Positions 61,219-64,000 of a stretch of DNA of 64,000 nt are shown here, one piece after another. The notes below the pieces were generated by a model that saw only the letters and a program-made list of their open reading frames with translations, was not told where the DNA came from and ran no database searches. The position numbers and the translations under genes are program-made. Numbering within the stretch: the first letter of the stretch is position 1; the number at the start of each line of letters is the position of its first letter. The DNA is from Raillietiella orientalis (taxonomy: Eukaryota): positions 3,100,001 through 3,164,000 of the forward strand of contig JAYWIR010000009.1 of assembly GCA_036172245.1 (NCBI GenBank), read 5' to 3'.

Positions 61219-61270
61219 CTGGAAGAGGGTGGGGCGGCGCTTGAGCAGCGCGGGGGCAAGCGCGGGGAAC

Positions 61271-61388
61271 CTCGAGCGTCCACTTCCCTCGCGGGTTCTC
61301 TCCCCACGTGTGGGTGGTCATAAAGGGCCACTTCACGAAGCCGTCCCGGCTGTCGTCATCGTTGGGTCTCCTGCTCAGGATCATGGAC
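61271..61388 (-). CDS. PCSK2: Prohormone convertase 2 exon, P domain
   Basis: Acceptor ccgaccAG|G TCC ATG, in phase with the upstream exon (AG+G = Arg). Encodes SMILSRRPNDDDSRDGFVKWPFMTTHTWGENPRGKWTLE; WPFMTTHTWGE is PC2-specific. Confidence 0.96.
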
Positions 61389-62099
61389 CTGGTCGGGAAG
61401 GGAGAGGAGAGAGAAAGGGGAAGAGATGTGTGGATCGTGGAGGCTAGGGCTCTCGTGGGGGGTTGGGGGGTCCGGGCCCTCCGCATCTCCGTCGCGGAAG
61501 AACGGGACTGCCTCTCCGGAACTCCTTCCAAGACGGCGGGTCAGGCTGCTCGGCCTCACCTCTCCGTCTTCCAGACCCCGAGCACCTCCCGCGCGCGCAG
61601 GTGCGGCACCCCTGCGAGCGGCCCCAAGTCCCTGGCGCGACGAGAACCGCGGCGGCGGCGGACGGCTGTGGGGCTTACCGGAGAAGCTTTCCAGAGCGCC
61701 CTGGAGGCAAGAACGGCCGAGGACGAGGCTCTGCTGCGTTGTCAGGCGACCCCCCTTCGACCACGAGGAGGGGAGGAGCAGCTCCGAGGAGGAGCGGGGA
61801 CGGCAGCGCCGGGAGAGACCCTTTAGGTGTCGGGCAGCTGCCACATGGGGCGTGGGAGGCTGTTGAGAGGGGCTCGACAGCCTACGGGAAAGGGAGCATC
61901 GCCTCTGGAACTCTTCCTGTTCGGGGAGAGCGGGTCGGGAGATCCCGGCGGTGGCGGGAGCAGGATGGGTTGGCCGACGTCGTCGAGGTTTCCTAGGCGA
62001 CGAGGGGAGAGGAGCGTACAAGGGCAGGACAGAGGGGGAAGTGGGGGCTACCTCCTCCTGCCGGCAGAGGGGGGCCTAAGTACTCGCCACGGCACTGCG

Positions 62100-62296
62100 G
62101 GCAAAGGAAGGAAGAGGAGAAGGAGGAAGAAAAGGAGGAGGAAGAAGAAGAGGGGAAGGAAGAGGAGGGTAAGGAGAAAGAGAGAAAGAATAGGGAGGAA
62201 CGAAGGAGGAAGGAGGAAGAGGGGAAAGAAGAGGGTAGGGAGGAAGAGAGGAAAAAAAGGGAGGGTTGAAGTAGGAAGAGAAAGGGACGAAGGAAG
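62100..62296. repeat. Purine-rich (GA) tract inside a PC2 intron
   Basis: About 200 bp of almost only G and A on the plus strand. A similar tract lies at 63350-63515. Confidence 0.9.
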
Positions 62297-62753
62297 ACCC
62301 AGCCTCGTTCTTCTTAGGCGTCCCGCTGCCGCTGCGTTCGCTTGCCCACGAAAGAATCGTCTTTTTGCTTCTCCCGGCAGGAGAGACGGAGGGGAGGAGG
62401 AGGACGTGGAACCGCTGCTTCGGCCATTTCTCTCCCTCCACTTTCCTTGCTGGGCTGCCGCCTTCCCCCTTTGCCGAGGAGAGAGGGGGTCAGCGGGAGG
62501 AGCTACCCGGCCCACACGGGAAGGCATAGATGAGGGTGCGCGGAAGGACGGTGCCTCTCCGCCCAACCCTCTGGGTTCACCCGGAGGAAGTGGATCGTGA
62601 GCCCTCTTCTGCCGCCCGTTCCCTCATTCACCGCTCGAAGCTCGCGCGCGCGTCGCAGGAGGAATGTGGGAGGGGGGGGGAGGGGGGTGGAAGAAGAGCC
62701 CGTGGGACAAGATGGGGGAGAGGTCGGCGCAGCCTCGCTAGGAGACAGCCTAC

Positions 62754-62918
62754 CTGGTGCCCATCGGGGAGGTGAGGAAGATCTCCAGGTCGCCTCGCCT
62801 CGTCGCGTTGAGAGTCAAGACGGCCTGGACGTGCTCCAGGAAGTTGACTTCTGTCTCCGTCCCCTTGCAGGATTCGCTGTGGATGGAGAAGAAGGCCGGC
62901 TCCTCGCTGGTGATCTCC
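62754..62918 (-). CDS. PCSK2: Prohormone convertase 2 exon, P domain (RRGDL motif)
   Basis: Boundaries ttttcAG|G GAG ATC ... ACC AG|GTAGG. Encodes EITSEEPAFFSIHSESCKGTETEVNFLEHVQAVLTLNATRRGDLEIFLTSPMGT, with the hallmark PC2 LEHVQAV / RRGDL / TSPMGT motifs. Confidence 0.96.
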
Positions 62919-63963
62919 CTGAAAAGTTCCGGGAGGGAGGTCAGAAGGAGGGGAGGTTGGCAGTCGGGATGGGCGTGGCTGTGGGAGGTTGGCGGACTCC
63001 TGCTCGGCGGCGGAGAGCGCCACATTCGCCATCCTCCATCCCGACTCTTTCTGACCCGTTTCCCGGGGGATCCCGGCAGAGGGGATTTCCGGGGCAGTGC
63101 ACCGCCCCTCCTCCTTAAGGATGAAGACGAGGGCAAAGCCTGCGGGGCCGCAAGCGACCACGGCAAACTCGCGTCACCATCCCTCTCTTCCTACCGAACT
63201 GTCCATTCGCGACGGGAGGACACGCTGACCAACGAAGAGGTTGCTGACTGAGTCCGCTGTGACCCTCTTTGATCTTCCGGTAATTAGCAACTGGCTGCTC
63301 TCCTCTGCTCGCTTCCGAGAGCGCTCCCGTGTGCTGACCTCGAGAACCCGGGGGGGAAATAGAGGAGGAGGAGGGGACGAAGGGGAGGAAGAACGGGAAG
63401 AGAAAGGGGGGCAGGGAATAGGAGGTGGAGGAAGAAAAGAAAAGGAGGAGGAAGAGGAGGATGGAGAGAAGGAAGAAAAAGGAAGGAGAAGAAGAAGAAA
63501 AGGAGGAGGAGGAGACGTGCAAACTAAAAGATAGGCATCACAATGGGCATCGAGAAGAGTAGCGTGTCGAAACACTGATCCCATCCCAGCTTGGGGAATG
63601 GACAGGGAGGGTCACTCGCTATACGGCAGGAGTGCAGCTGCTCTTGAGAACTGTTGAAGACCTACGGTAGCTGACAGAGTACTCTCCTCGAGCGTCGCAC
63701 GCATCCGCTGCCCTCTCTCAAGTGGGTCGAAGGTCATGCATGCCTGCCTATCCCTCCCTGCGTATCTTCGATGCTCCCTCTTTGAGACCCCGGGGCCCTG
63801 CCTCCTGCTCTTCGGACGAGGATGTGCGCGGCTCCGTAGAGGGGTGGAAGCGTGGGGATCCGGCTGGTGCGACGCACCCTAAGGACCAGGAGCGGTGCGA
63901 CGCCCTCCCCTCTCCCTCTCTCGCCAGTCTTCCATGGCGTCTTTGCCGCTGGCGTGGACTCAC

Positions 63964-64000
63964 CCTCCGGCCAGGTGCCTCCCTCCTTCGCAGTGGTACC
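63964..64000 (-). CDS. PCSK2: Prohormone convertase 2 exon (partial; continues beyond the window), start of P-domain region
   Basis: Minus strand reads (R)YHCEGGRHLAG-GG|GTGAGT, a consensus donor at 63963. It matches the PC2 'RYHC.AG' segment, and phase 2 fits the next exon. Confidence 0.85.

Noticed and set aside
1..64000. CRISPR arrays, operons, rRNA or other prokaryotic systems
   Set aside because: The sequence is eukaryotic (spliceosomal introns, LINEs/SINEs, microsatellites). No regularly spaced repeats or rRNA-like sequence were seen.

Overview
GC-rich eukaryotic (invertebrate, probably arthropod) genomic DNA with abundant CpG, many microsatellites and long purine/pyrimidine tracts. 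The only confidently identified gene is the 3' part of a neuroendocrine prohormone convertase 2 (PC2/PCSK2/amontillado-type) on the minus strand. Four exons (63964-64000 partial, 62754-62918, 61271-61388, 61045-61218) splice in frame with GT-AG introns and encode the P domain and C-terminus. At the other end, a CpG island and a strong minus-strand donor suggest the first coding exon (MLTSQQ) of a second, unidentified gene. The ~58 kb between them is dominated by decayed non-LTR retrotransposon fragments (L1/Tx1-like, plus RNase H-type LINE remnants) and at least five copies of a long tRNA-derived SINE, with a few AT-richer candidate enhancer islands. The most notable structures are a perfect 205-bp-arm palindrome (22549-22981), several other inverted TE pairs, a conserved 3' stem-loop in the L1/Tx1-like family, and a 256-bp near-identical patch shared by two otherwise diverged copies. 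No clearly novel protein-coding system is visible. Nearly all ORFs in the track are GC-content artefacts. TE boundaries are approximate and were assigned by eye from motif remnants.
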